In this document: positions 1 through 13,058 of the stretch, piece by piece | Position numbering within the stretch: position 1 is the stretch's first letter | Layout of the letters: the number at the start of each line of letters is the position of its first letter | Assembly: GCA_951406725.2 (NCBI GenBank) | Contig: OX597820.1 | Span: forward strand, 8,990,001 to 9,054,000 | Direction: 5' to 3' | Source: Octopus vulgaris | Lineage: Eukaryota | Length of the DNA stretch: 64,000 nucleotides | Position numbers and translations under genes: made by a program | Notes under the pieces: generated by a model | What the model was told of the DNA's origin: nothing | Seen by the model: the letters and a program-made list of their open reading frames with translations, nothing else | The model's database searches: none

Positions 1-422
1 ATTAATAATCTATTTAAGTTAATGACGCAGGGTAAAGATTTCAATATACCGCCCTTGTTTACACAGAGAGAGAGAAATAGATGTTGGTTATATACCGGAA
101 GTGAAACTCGTTGTATGAGGGGGGGTGATCTGTACTAACTCCAGATTTGTAGCGGGGTCTTTTCGCTTTGACCGGCAGATTTTTAAAATAATTTCTTTGT
201 AACTAAACACTTTTAAACTTCGTATACTGGTAGAATGTGTCACATAAAACATCTTTTTCTCTTGGTTTTCTTGAGAAAATTCTGTAGTTTGTAAGCTATT
301 TGGTGTTTAATTTTTTGCATTTCGGCAATTTCAACCAATCAATGACGTCTATTGAGGTGAATACAATTTCTCCGGTTCTTTGTCAACAACATTTTCTGAT
401 GGTGTCATATCAATTTCTAGTA

Positions 423-707
423 AGCCTAGTACTTATTCTATCGGCCTCTTTTGCCGAACCGCTATGTTACGGAGACGTAAACACACCACCATCGGTTGTC
501 AAGCGATGTTGGGGGGACAAACATATACACACATACATATATATATACGACGGGCTTCTTTCAGTTTCCATCTACCAAATGAACTCACAAGGCTTTGATC
601 AGCCCGAGGCTATAGTAGAAGACACTTGCCCAAGGTGCCACACAGTGGGACTGAACCCGGAACCATGTGGTTCGTAAGCAAGCTACTTACCACACAACCA
701 TTCCTAC
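423..707 (-). mobile_element. tRNA-derived SINE family A, partial
   Basis: Reverse complement of the element at 1117-1508. Confidence 0.85.
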
Positions 708-719
708 ACCTTTCATAAC

Positions 720-1033
720 CATTATCGTCATTTAATGTCTGCTGTCCATGCTGGCATGGGCTGGACAGTCTAACCAAGGCTGGCAAGCTGAGGGGCTGCA
801 CCAAACTCCAGTCTGATTTGGCATGGTTTTCTACAGCTGGATGCCCTTCCTAATGCCAACCACTCTAAGAGTGTGATGGGTGCTTTTATATGCCACCAGC
901 ATGGGTGCCAATTGCATGGCACCAGTATTTGTCACGACTATGGTTTCACTTGGTTTGATGGGTCTTCTCAAGCACAACATTCTGCTGAAGGTCTCGGTCA
1001 TTTGTCATTGCTTCTGTGAGGGCCAACACTCGA
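720..1033 (-). mobile_element. RTE LINE 3' end fragment (GAT-tail family)
   Basis: Matches the 3' UTR and ORF end of the LINE at 28497-30840. Confidence 0.8.
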
Positions 1034-1116
1034 AATATATTTAAAATATAAGCTAATGCAGTGAATAAAGCATTTGAAAATACAATCTTTTAGCATTTAT
1101 TTGCATACAAATAAAT

Positions 1117-1508
1117 GCGCAGGAGTGGCTGTGTGGTAAGTAGCTTGTTTACCAACCACACGGTTCCGGGTTCAGTCCTACTGCATGGCACCTTGGGCAA
1201 GTGCCTTCTACTATGGCCTCGGGCCGACCAGTGGATTTGGTAGACAGAAACTGAAAGAAGCCCGTCGTATATATGTATATATATATGCGTGTGTGTGTTT
1301 GTGTGTCTGTGTTTGTCCCCCTAGCATTGCTTGACAACCGATGCTGGTGTGTTTATGTCCCCGTTACTTAGCGGTTCAGCAAAAGAAACCGATAGAATAA
1401 GTACTGGGCTTACAAAAGAATAAGTCCCGGTGTCGAGTTGCTCAATTAAAGGCGGTGCTCCAGCATGGCCGCAGTCATGTGACTGAAACAAGTAAATGAG
1501 TAAAAGAG
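1117..1508 (+). mobile_element. tRNA-derived SINE family A, full length
   Basis: A-box-like TGGCTGTGTGG, B-box-like GGTTCAGTCC, internal (TA/TG)n, AAAGAGT tail; about 20 copies in the window. Confidence 0.88.
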
Positions 1509-1651
1509 TATACAAAAAATATATATATATACACACACATATATATATATATGAAATGATGCTCATGATTGCACGTTCAATACAGTTATAGAAATTAAAA
1601 AGTAAAAAGCCAAAGCAGTCCTGAATGGCTGCCTGGTACTTCTAGCATTAA

Positions 1652-1870
1652 CCCTTTAGTATTTAAACCAGCCATATCCGGCCAAAATATTTAATCTGTT
1701 TTATGCTCAAACTGACCAGATCCAGGCTCTCACACCTACCCTACAATGTTATTCTACATTAGGTAATTACACCATCAAGATCTTGAAGATATGAGATAAT
1801 GCATGGTTAATTAAAATCAATGTGAATCAATAAGCATTATGTTTGATAGAATAATCTGAACACTAAAGGG
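1652..1870. mobile_element. piggyBac-type MITE, family 2
   Basis: TTAA|CCCTTTAGT...ACTAAAGGG|TTAA; a partial inverted relative lies at about 55145-55357. Confidence 0.8.
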
Positions 1871-2019
1871 TTAAATGATGATGATGAATATCATCTTTAC
1901 TTCTGCTCCTAACCAACAAACAGACACATTAAATCAAACCTATTCCAGACTACTCACAACACCCTAACATACTATGCAACACTTAAACCCTATGATCCCT
2001 TCAAACTAATTAATTAGTC

Positions 2020-2700
2020 AGGGCTTGGCTCGTTTTATGGTAACCATATCTGGCAGCAAATGTGCTTCATACTTCACTGATCCTGGACATACAGAGGTGC
2101 TGCTGAGACCATCTTCCAAAGCAGATCCTTTAGACAATCCAAGCCCAACTGGTTCACATGTAGCAGTACTGTGACAGCACAAACATATTTCCAGTTTTTC
2201 TTTGCCCATCTCTTCACTTTTATGACACTGTTCCACCAACACATCACGGGTCTTGCTGGAACTTTGCACCAACCAGATTTGGTCCATTGCTCTCAGCAAG
2301 TTGTCCCTACGCCGCATCTTTCGTGTCCGATGGCATCACTTTGTCTCCAACAATTCGGTGCGACACCAGTACAGAATCACCTCCCTCTGACAAGTCATCC
2401 TAACGAGACGTCTGCGTTGGCTGGGTCATGCCCTCCATCGTCAACCAGGAGAATTCATCTACGAAGCAATTGCCCCAATTCCCCTTCAGGGTTAACAAAA
2501 ATGATGTGGTGGACAACGAAAAACCTGGCTGATGACAGTCAAGGCTGATCTGGGACCCAACCTAGGTCCCCATGTCTACAGCATTCACCACTGGAATAGG
2601 GAGTGGTTGGAGATCACACGGTCATTAACCTCAAATCACCAGGCCTGGTCAGTGTTTGTGAGAGATGAAGCCAGCTTAACCCACCCCAGGTGAATGCTGT
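2020..2700 (+). mobile_element. Decayed RTE-clade LINE 3' fragment, second family
   Basis: Frame pieces LRRIFRVRWHHFVSN and RRLRWLGHALHRQPGEFI; homologous to 47507-48050. Confidence 0.75.
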
Positions 2701-3947
2701 CTCAAAAAGAAAACATGACCTACAATAACTGGAAAATTCACCCACATCTACCACTTAGATGCCTTTTACTTGCATTTCCTGTATTATAACCATCCGAAAT
2801 GCAAACTATTCTATCTTATACCTATCTAAATAGATTCCTCCCCATCTCAAATTTCAACTAGTTCTTCTGTCCCTTACCAATTTTATGATGTTCTTCTATC
2901 CACCATTTTTCAACTAAGATAGTCTCATTAGTGGTATTCTCACAGAGAAGACTTTACAGGAGTTTATGCAGGTCATATGGTCACTGTTGATTCTTAGTGA
3001 GATGATTCACTTAACAGTGAGCTGTTGGAACCTGGGTGGATTGCTTGCTGAGCTGTGTACGTGGAGATGTTGACATTAGGACAATGGCAACGACAGAGAT
3101 GGTGGTTGCCAAATGCTGTTGGACAAAATTGGTGAGCCTCAACATAGCTGCTGTGGTAGCATGTTGTCTGGCGTTGTCGCTGGAACTGGCTGTGTCTACG
3201 TGGTCAGCGGCTTGACCTTAAAAGGTCAGGAACTAAAGACATGTATGGAGGAAACATCTGGGTTTTTACAGGAAGTAGTAGGCTCGAAATAGGCTTTGAA
3301 AAAGGTTGTTCATGTAATGCTATCTAAGGTCTCTGATTGGCTGTCCATGGTCAGTTGGCACAACTGAGGAGGAGACAAATTGTGCCAATACCAACCAATC
3401 AGAGTAGTGGACACAACAGGATATAAATAGCAGCCAAGGGCCAGTTGGTCCCTGCTACGTTCGAATGTATATATAGAGTGTATGTTACAGAGGGATCCAT
3501 TATCCTAGCTGACAGAAGTGTGATAGATAAAACAATTAAGGATATGAGAGTAGGGAAAAACCTTTGGTCTATCAAGAATTACCACTGAGATGTTCAGAAT
3601 AACTTGCATAGCAGGATACAACCTAGTTACCTGTGTAGTTAATCAAGGTGTACAGGAAAGTGCCATACCACTTCTGGTTCATAGAAACACTCACTGTTTT
3701 CTTTTTGAATGTTATAACTGCTATAGCAATGACCTCTTAACTGTCTGGTTGGATATCTCAATCTTTCACCAGTCCTGCTTTCTCAGAATGACCCTTCTGG
3801 AATTACCTTTCTGGCAATATTTTTCCTGCATAAATTGATTTGCAGGTCTATGAACCTCACCAGTCTTACAGGGACTACACCAACCATGTTCTTTCCCTGC
3901 TTTTTTCTTTTGACTAAATAATAATTTTTTTAAAAAAGTAAATACTG

Positions 3948-4170
3948 ATGCAGGTATGGCTGTGTATGCAGGTATGGCTTTGTGTATGCAGGTATGGCTT
4001 TGTGTATGCAGGTATGGCTTTGCAACCATGTGGTTTTGGGTTCTATCCAACTGCATAGCACCTTAGGCAAGTACCTTCTGCTACAGCACCAGGCTGACCA
4101 ATGCGTTGTGAGTGATTTGGTAGATGGAAACTGAAAGAAGCCCATTGAATGTATGTGCATGTATGTATGC
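3948..4170 (+). mobile_element. SINE family A copy with 5' end tandemly repeated about 4x (20-bp unit)
   Basis: ATGCAGGTATGGCTTTGTGT repeats run directly into the SINE-A body. Confidence 0.75.
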
Positions 4171-4554
4171 ACATGTGTGTGTGTGTGATTGTTACTTAAT
4201 TTCTCCTCACCTTACCTTGATGCCATGTAATGGTTGTAAGTGAATCTTACTGTTATGCAAGCATTTGTTCCTTACTTGGAAACAGGTAAGGATCAGCATG
4301 AGGAAGGGCATCTGGTCATAGAAAATCTGCTTCAGCAGATTCCATACAACCCGTACAAGCATGGAAAAGTGGCCATTAAAAGACAGTAATGGTGAGAAAC
4401 AATGGTGTCAACTTGCAGATTTAGGAATCGCACCAGTCTTAGAAGAACCTGGACAATCATATTCTTTACTATTTTTCGCTGTGATTAGAAAAGGAAAATG
4501 AATATAAAATAAATCAAATGAGAAACTGTGATATGTATTAACTATACTTTGGTA

Positions 4555-4855
4555 AGGCATATGGCTCAGTGGTTAGAGTGTTGAGCACACAATCATGAGA
4601 TAGTGAGTTCAATTCCTGGACCAGGATGTGTTTTGTGTTCTTGAGCTGTATAAATGAGTTGCAACGTCACTGGAACCAAGCTGTATTGGCCTTTGCCTTT
4701 CCCTTGGATAACATTGGTGGCATGGAGTGAGGAGACTGGTATGCATGGGCAACTGCTGGTCATACAGAAATTATCTTGCCCAGACTTGTGCCTCAGAGGG
4801 GAACTTTCTTGGTGCAATCTCATGGTCAGTCATGACCGAAGGGGTCTTTTACCTT
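4555..4855 (+). mobile_element. tRNA-derived SINE family C
   Basis: TGGCTCAGTGG A-box, GAGTTCAATTCC B-box; matches the reverse of 57199-57537. Confidence 0.85.
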
Positions 4856-4895
4856 ACTTTGGTAAATTGGCAAATGGCTAAATAGCTTGCAATAA

Positions 4896-5220
4896 TCTCT
4901 CTATATATATAAACGGCAAAATGTCTGTCTGTGTGCGTGTCCTTTACACAAATCCATAATTTTTCAGTTAGAGGGCTCCCACTTTCTATGGTCATTCAAA
5001 ACCGTCCAAGGGTGGTCGTGCACATCTTTACATTTCCCCAGTCACCCTGCAAAGCCATTAAAAAATCAATAGAAGTGACTTTTTTGTGAATTTTCTATCC
5101 AAAACCCAATCAAAATGCCCAAAACTTGATACACCAATTGTATGCCAGCTAACTGTATGCGACTGGTCGGAGATTTGGACAGTACTTGCATGTATGTGTG
5201 CACGCAGCTGTATGTAGATA
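4896..5220 (+). mobile_element. Probable non-autonomous Helitron 5' portion
   Basis: Starts TCTCTCTATATATATAAA...TGTCTGTCTGTGTG like the other Helitron-like copies; no CTAG end seen. Confidence 0.45.
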
Positions 5221-6319
5221 TAATTTGATCATTTTCATTGTCTAAATCATTTTCCAAGATAACATGTGTTAGCTTAAAAAATTAAATATCTGCATGATTG
5301 TAGAAGGAATTACTTTATAGCAGAATAATTTGTTCTGATGTGAATCATTCAACCATTCACCTATGAATTAAGTTTGACTCTGGTTTACTTTTTAAAAATT
5401 TTTTTAATTAACTTACCTGTGAAAAATAAAGTACAAAGCCATAAAGATTTGAGCCTTTAAGCTGATTTCACAAATACATTTTATCTTTCTAAATTTACAA
5501 ATATTTCTACACCTGTAATCTAAGTTTATGTATCCTTCATTATTAAAAATTATGTTAATCCCAATGTCTATGATTTAATCCTTTTTAAAATCAGTTACGG
5601 CTGCTGAATCATAATAATTATTGTAATAAGCCTTTCAAAGTCACATTTGTTGGGGTTTTGAAGAGAACAAAAATCTTTCTAATTCAAAGCAAAAGGAATA
5701 CATTCTAAGATTTTAGATATTCAGAACTTTTCTTAATTTCATAATTCCATTCCTTTCTATTCTTGCCACCCACTATTCCTGGGAGGGTTATGGCAGTGGA
5801 TCATGATCATGAGAACCTTTAGATGACTCCAATCATTCCATGGTCATTGTCAATCTATCTCTTATGGACAGAAAGAAAAACTACCATCACCCAACTCCAA
5901 ACTGCTTGCTGTGACTGGAGCTACTATTGTATTGGGTTACGGCACCCAAACTGACTTTTGTTTTACAAATCCCAAGACATCGATACCAACCTTTAGCACA
6001 TCTGCACTTCAATCTATGTTGTATTCAAAGACATCAGCCAAATCCCAAATAGCAGCTCATGAGAGATCCTATCTTTCTCAACTTTGCCAAAGTCTTTAAT
6101 TCTGTGACACACAACGACTGTCTGCAATGAGTTTAAGGACTAATCTTTGTAAAAGGTTGAAGTCTTTCATTTTCAGACAAAGGGAGATAATCAAGCTCCT
6201 CCTAGGAATACTAGATGAGATGATAGCTAGGGTCCCATGGCGGTGGGGGGTTAGTTAGATCCCTGCTGTTTGTTGAATAAATAAACAAAATAAAGTCTGC
6301 TTGAAGCATGTTACTGAGT

Positions 6320-7415
6320 TGCAATACACAGGTGACCTTGTGCTGTGTCCCGATATAAAAGGGCAAGTTTGTACGCTGTAGATCTTTCGAGCAATCTCAT
6401 GGGCATATTGCAGCAGTGGATTACTGACTGGCAACCCAAGCTGGCTGTTGATAAGTGCACCACTATATATTTCGGAAGGAAAAATCTCAGAATTTATCAC
6501 CTCCATCCACAGCACCAACCTTAAGAAGCCTGCAGGGGTACATGACTTCAGCATTATTGCCAACGATGATCTGTTTTGGATTGGCAGAATCGTTAGCACG
6601 CCGGGCGAAATGCTTAGCGGTATTTTGTCAGAGTTCAAATTCCACTGAGGTCGACTTTGCCTTTCATCCTTTCGGGGTCGATAAATTAAGTACCAGTTAC
6701 GCACTTGGGTCGATGTAATCGACTTAATCCGTGTGTCTGTCCTTGTTTGTCTTCTCTGTGTTTAGCCCCTTGTGGGTAGTAAAGAAATAGGCATTTCGTC
6801 TGCCGTTACGTTCTGAGTTCAAATTCTGCTGAGGTCGACTTTGCCTTTCATCCTTTTGGGGTCGATAAATTAAGTACCAGTTATGCACTGAAGTCGATAT
6901 AATCGACTTAATCCGTTTGTCTGTCCTTGTTTGTCCTCTCTGTGTTTAGCCCCTTGTGGGTAGTAAAGAAATAGGATAACCCACATATCTAAATTCATAT
7001 CTAAGCATCGTTCAATAAGACTTTTGTCAGTCACTCAGCAGTTATTTGTTTAATGCTTTATATGGCTTGGCTGTGGTACATCCACACTTATAGTTTACAC
7101 CTCCAGTTTAGAAAACTGATAAGCTAGAAGCTGTCCAGGGATGGGCAACCAGATGGATATTTGCAGTTAGTCTTTTACCATATCTAGAATGTCTTGCTTC
7201 ACTGGTCACCAGTCAACACACTAAAGCTTCAATGTCTGTCAACCATCACAATAGAAACCCACAGCATTATATGCCATCTTTCCAACAACATCTTTGCCCA
7301 CCTTTTTTCAATTCAATATCTCAAACACTCAACAACATGCTTATAAACCCCCCCAAAAAAAACAGCATGGCACCGATGAGTTTTAGAAACATTTTTCACA
7401 TTCACAATTGTCAAA
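6320..7415 (+). mobile_element. Decayed CR1-like LINE RT/C-terminal fragment interrupted by a SINE-B dimer
   Basis: Frame pieces YTGDLVL, LQQWITDWQPKLAVDKCTTIYFGRKN, LEAVQGWATRWI...LPYLECLASL; 3' part homologous to 43960-44030. Confidence 0.7.
6581..6975 (+). mobile_element. tRNA-derived SINE family B, body duplicated in tandem
   Basis: TGGCAGAATCG head, GAGTTCAAATTCC B-box; the body of about 185 bp occurs twice. Confidence 0.85.
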
Positions 7416-9406
7416 GCTACTCACCACAACAGAACTGAGATTCTAAAACAAAGGTGCTACGGAAAAAGAATTGGTATGGGTGCTGGTAAAAATTACCCAG
7501 TACACTCTGTAAAGTGGTTGGCATTAGTAAGAGCATCCAACCATAGAAACCAAGCCAAAACAGACTATGGAACCTGGTGCTGCCCACTGGCCTTACCTGT
7601 TCCTGCCAAGCTGTCCAACCCATGCCAGCATGGGAAACAGGCGTTAAATGATGATGATGGTGATGGAATGAGGTACCATTGTCAGTTGTTAACCATCAGG
7701 ACACTGCAACCTTCAAAAATTCTATGCTTCCCAAAATTCCCCAACTCTATTCCTGATATGCCCATCCACCCTTTCATCTCCTTTATGACTCTTTTCTTGT
7801 TCATTCTTCTCTATTAGTGTTTTCTTCTGAGTTCTGTGAATGTACTTTTCACTGTTATTGCTGTCTCATCATCTTATTTCCTTAATAGGGCTGCGATGAT
7901 TTCTTAACCTTACTTGAGTCATTTGAATATTTAATAAAGACATGAAACAAGGGGGCGAGCTGGCAGAATCGTCAGCACGCTGGGCAAAATGCTTAGCAGT
8001 ATTTCGTCCGTCCTACATTCTGAGTTCGAATTCTGCCAAGGTCAACTTTGTCTTTCATCCTCTCGGGGTCAATAAATTAGGTACCAGTTGTGTACTGAGG
8101 TCGATGTAATCAACTGGCCTCCTCCCCAGAAAATTTCAGGCCTTGTACCTAGAGTAGAAAAGAATAAATTCATGAAACTACATCTAAGTTTCTCCATCCA
8201 TGAGACAAGTATTGAGCAGATATATATACATACATGATGTTCTATATATATATTTTTATCTTTAGTAGTTAAGTCAAGGGAATAAAAAGAGGTGAAGGGC
8301 TGTGATGAGGGGCAGTACCCATAACCTTTACAGACCCTCCAAAAGTGACTGGTGTAGATATTTAAATTCATTGGGCAATGCTTGCAGGAACAACAGAAGT
8401 GCAGAGGGAATTCCAAGGATTGTAGTTGTGAGAAGGTAAGACTGGACAAGGTATTCGCTGCTGGGTCAGAGAGATGAGAGACATTGTGGAAGACAGCAAA
8501 AGAAGTGAGTTAGGGCCAGAGGGGGAAAAGCTAGTTCAGAAGAACTGAGATTACTCTTTACTCTTTTACTTGTTTCAGTCATTTAACTGCGGCCATGCTG
8601 GAGCACCGCCTTTAGTCGAGCAAATTGACCCCGGGACTTATAGCAAATGTTGAGCAAATGTTGAGAATTTAATAAAAGCAGCAAAGAGAGGAAATCAAAC
8701 ATCTGGGATTCTAAAACATTGGTAATTCCTTGTTGATCAGTGGACTGGCCCCTTTGTGTGGAGGTCTTCCAATATACGTACAGCAACATCACCAACATAT
8801 AAATGGGAACTGTTTTGAAACATGAGTCTCACTTGGGCTTTGTTGAGGGTAAGCAACTGCTAAAGTCTAAAGTATTTCCTGTCCTCAAAGAGACAAACAT
8901 GGTCTTTGTAATATATTAATAATCGTTTTGGGAGATACAATATATGTTTTTGTTTAAAGAAAGAAAACGGTCATTAATGTTTGATTTTGATGTACTTAAG
9001 GGTTTTTAACACAAACTGAATGGGATTTTTTTCTGTTTCAGTCCTGCTTTTATTTGAGAAAACAGGAAAACTCCACTTTAATGACATTAGAAAAAAAAAA
9101 CCAAACTAACAAACAATAAAACAATCACAATTCTATATTTCTGAGATTCGTTTGTTCTTTCTTTAATTCTTGAACTTGTTTCGGTCATTTGACTGTGGCC
9201 ATGCTGCAGCACTGCCTTTAGTCGAACAAATCAACCCTGGGACTTATTCTTTGTAGGCCTAGTACTTATTCTATCAGTTTCTTTTGTTGAACCACTAAGT
9301 TACAGGGATGTAAACACACCAACATTGGTTGTCAAACGATGGTAGGGGGACAAATACAGACCCACAAACACATACATACACACACACACACACACATGTA
9401 TGATAA

Positions 9407-9630
9407 GGTGGCAAGCTGGCAGAAACATTAGCACACCGGGTGAAATGCTTAGCGTTATTTCGTCTGCCGCTACGTTCTGAGTTCAAATTCCGCCAAGGTC
9501 AACTTTGCCTTTCATCCTTTCGTGGTTGATATATTAAGTACCAGTTATGCAATAACTGTAATCGACTTAATCCGTTTGTCTGTCCTTGTTTGTCCCCTCT
9601 ATGTTTAGCCCCTTGTGGGTAATAAAGAGA
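9407..9630 (+). mobile_element. SINE family B
   Basis: Full match to 21323-21543. Confidence 0.85.
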
Positions 9631-9825
9631 GATTCTAAATGAAAAAAAATAATAAATAAAAGTTATTGTAGGGAAAGAGATTATTCAACTTATTTTGAAA
9701 TAGTGAATACCATTCTCTCTCCTTTATAAATTTTCCCTAAATTCCATTACAGGAACTCCGTCTTACCGAAATCCCAATTTTAAAAAATGAAATACAAGGG
9801 TTTCTCAGACACCCTTTAGAAAATA

Positions 9826-10220
9826 CTAGCAGTATTGCCTAGCATTGCTCGGGTTTGTTTTCTTTTCGACCCTTTAGGATTGGAATTTTTGAAAAGTAAA
9901 AATTTTGCATTATGTAGTTTGTTATTCTCTTTAAGTGAACATTTTTTCTGGTTGAAATATACCAAAAAATGGCAGCACAGCAGTCAAAAAATCGTAAAAA
10001 ATAGGGATTTTCATAGAAAAAAAGCACCTTTTTGATGTAAATAATTTTTGGTGTTAACATTGTTCGGTTTGAATTTTTTCTTCTACAGAAGGAAGAGCAA
10101 GCCTTCTTCTATCATACTCTCAATTTTGGTCAACTTGCGCCGCAGGGTCTCGGAGGAGATAGTGTTAGTTGAAGGCTACCAAACCTGCCATACACAGACA
10201 ACTTCAGCTTTATATATATA
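9826..10220 (-). mobile_element. Non-autonomous Helitron, family H2
   Basis: Reverse complement of 27210-27557, with subterminal hairpin and CTAG end. Confidence 0.8.
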
Positions 10221-10225
10221 TTACA

Positions 10226-10446
10226 TTATTGCCCACAAAGAGCTAAACACAGAGGGGACAAACAAGGACAGACAAAGGGATTAATTCGATTACATCGATC
10301 CCAGTGCGTAACTGGTACTTAATTTATCGACCCCGAAAGGATGAAAGGCAAAGTCAACTTCGGCGGGATTTGAACTCAGAACGTCGCGGCAGACGAAATA
10401 CCACTAAGCATTTCGCCCTGCAAACGTTTCTGCCAGATCGCCGCCT
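10226..10446 (-). mobile_element. SINE family B
   Basis: Reverse match to family B. Confidence 0.83.
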
Positions 10447-10459
10447 TTTCAGTTTCATA

Positions 10460-10972
10460 TCTATATATATAAAACTGCAGTTGTGTGAGTGTCTGTCCCC
10501 TTCGATTTAGATTCCTAACTACTCCCACATTTTGCAGTGCAGTTTAACCAAATTCGGGTATCTTATAGTCGTGATTCATATCGAGCCCGTCTGTGTATTA
10601 GCGCGCGTCTACGATGAGTCTACGATTTTAAAAATAATTTAACATCATTTTTTATTCCATTTTAATGCATAATTTTTCGTGTGTCGATGGCGGCGGAGTT
10701 GGCGTCCATGGTCACACCTGCACCTGTTTGCTTCTCCCCCTTCTTCCCTCCCTCGTGAAGCTGTGGGGAAGGGAGTGTAAGGAAATCAACGTCGTAAAGC
10801 GTTGTCAAGGAGACCAGCGTTCTTTTAGAACAACGACTTCATGGCTTGAAGACACCAAAACAGAAATGGCTAAGAAAGCCCGAATTGGCAGCTATAAGGG
10901 AAGTAACTCTCTAAAAATGCTTATATAGTTATTTCCCTTACAAACCCGAGCAACGCCGGGCGATACTGCTAG
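10460..10972 (+). mobile_element. Non-autonomous Helitron, family H1
   Basis: A|TC 5' end; CCCGAGCAACGCCGGG hairpin then CTAG|T 3' end; no TSD. Confidence 0.85.
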
Positions 10973-11573
10973 TATGTATATATATATATATATCGAGAGA
11001 GAGATTTCATGAACTTAAAGGTTTCGCTTTTGAGTTGTTTCCCTTCGCCTTTTGGTGCTTTTAAGCATTTCATGTATTTACAACTATAATCGCTGTTGTC
11101 TGAGAGATTTTCTCTCATGTACACCGTTAGTAATCTGAATTACAACTGCTCTGGAAATCCGTGCAGAAGCAGCTCATGTCTCACTGAGCCAAAGCATTAT
11201 GAACTAATGGATACGAACACTGTCAATTTATACCTTTAGATCTACATATATATACTTGCATCTGTACCCTCTGCAGAACATTGTAGTAAATACAGAGAAG
11301 ATTTACAAAGACATTTAAGTTAGAAACAAACCCGCAGCAACCAAACAACACCCATAACAAAACCAATTTATTTTGTCAGCTTTCAGAAGCTTTAAGTGGG
11401 AGTCGTTGTATTTCCATCGCAGATTCCTTAATTGCTCTTTTTTTTTTTTTTTTGTTAATTAATTTTCTGCTGATGTCGTGGTTCGTTTCGATCTAATTCT
11501 TCTTCTTTTGCCAGTCTCTTCCATCTCTGCTCTGCATTTTGTTTTGTTCCTTGATTTTTACGTCATTGCTCCA

Positions 11574-11684
11574 ATGTCTGTTGACAGTGAGCTCCAAGAA
11601 ATGGAAGGAAAACTCTTACAGCTCTTAGAATCGGGTTCTGAGGATGAACAGATTTTGAATGTGCTCGAACAATTCAATACTCAA
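11574..11684 (+). CDS. RIC8: RIC8 exon 1 (MSVDSELQEMEGKLLQLLESGSEDEQILNVLEQFNTQ)
   Basis: ATG 11574 (second in-frame ATG at 11601); donor CAA|GTGAGT, phase 0; resembles the Ric-8 N-terminus. Confidence 0.85.
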
Positions 11685-11851
11685 GTGAGTCTCTCTTTCC
11701 TTCTCTCTTATTTTATTTTATTTCATTATTCTTTTATTCTTTCTTTCGTTTATTCCTTACTTTCCGTTATTTTTTTTTTGTTATTTATTTCATGACAGTC
11801 AAGTAAATAACAAGTGTCTGCATTGTTTTGAGACAAGGTCATTGCCAAGTG

Positions 11852-11889
<38 letters not shown>

Positions 11890-11966
11890 GTATGTATGTA
11901 TCATACATACATATATATGTGTGTGTGTGTGTGTATACGTACGTGTGTACATGTATGCACACATGA

Positions 11967-12011
<45 letters not shown>

Positions 12012-12234
12012 CGTATGTATACACACACACACACTCATTTATATATTAGTGTTTTTTTTTATAAGCTTAAGGCTTATAAACGATCACCATACAATGACTG
12101 ATCGCTTATAAGCTTTAAGCTTATAAAAATTATTATTATTATTATTATTTACAGAATTATAAAAATCGATGCTTAACAAAATTTCTCGCAGAAAAAAAAA
12201 AATATGCATACACAGACACACACATAGACAGGTA

Positions 12235-12284
12235 AATAGATAGATATAGATATATAGATATAGATATATAGATATAGATGGATG

Positions 12285-12330
<46 letters not shown>

Positions 12331-12342
12331 ATTAGATGGATG

Positions 12343-12412
<70 letters not shown>

Positions 12413-12487
12413 GAGGTAGATATAGATGGATGGATAGATAGCGAGATAGATAGACAGATAGATATAGATAGATAGATAGATAGATAG
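12235..12487. repeat. (ATAG)n microsatellite
   Basis: Seen directly. Confidence 0.95.
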
Positions 12488-13058
12488 AATAAGTGGTGTA
12501 TATTTTGAAGCATGTTCATTGCAGTTTGTGTGCACAAATTCATATTGCAGTGTTAGTGAACCATGACAATTCTATTCTCTTTGACCACGGTCATTGTAGC
12601 AGGCTTAACACATCCATCCATCCATCCATCATGTCATATGCAAGTGAGTGGACAAACGAAAGAAAGTGGAGTTACATGTAGTATTTTAAACAAACAGTTT
12701 TAATTCAGTTCCATGCAGGTTATAGTTTCGAAGCTGGTATCGATCTAGGTTCGTTCCACGAGTCTACGAAACTTTAAGTTGTATGGAACCAAGCCAAATT
12801 ACCATTCCACACACACACACTCATACACATGTCAACATATCAGGTGTTGGTGATCGTTTATTATGTTTGAGAGGGTGTGTCTTTGAAGATTATTCTTTAT
12901 TTCCTTATGTACAGGTATGTTGTTATACGCACCTGCATTATGTACCTACTCTGTCTCTCTCTCTCTCTCTCTCTCTGTCACACACACACACCTGTATGGT
13001 TTATATAAAACTTGGTAACTGACATTTAAGTGTTATTAACTAGACCATTAATCATAGC

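Noticed and set aside
1-400. Promoter suggested by CCGGAAGTG at 95-103
   Set aside because: No associated exon and 11 kb from RIC8; it is probably the interior of a repeat cut by the window edge.
300-677. Recurring ORF family (..EDTCPRCH..GLNPEPCG..)
   Set aside because: Antisense translation of SINE family A.
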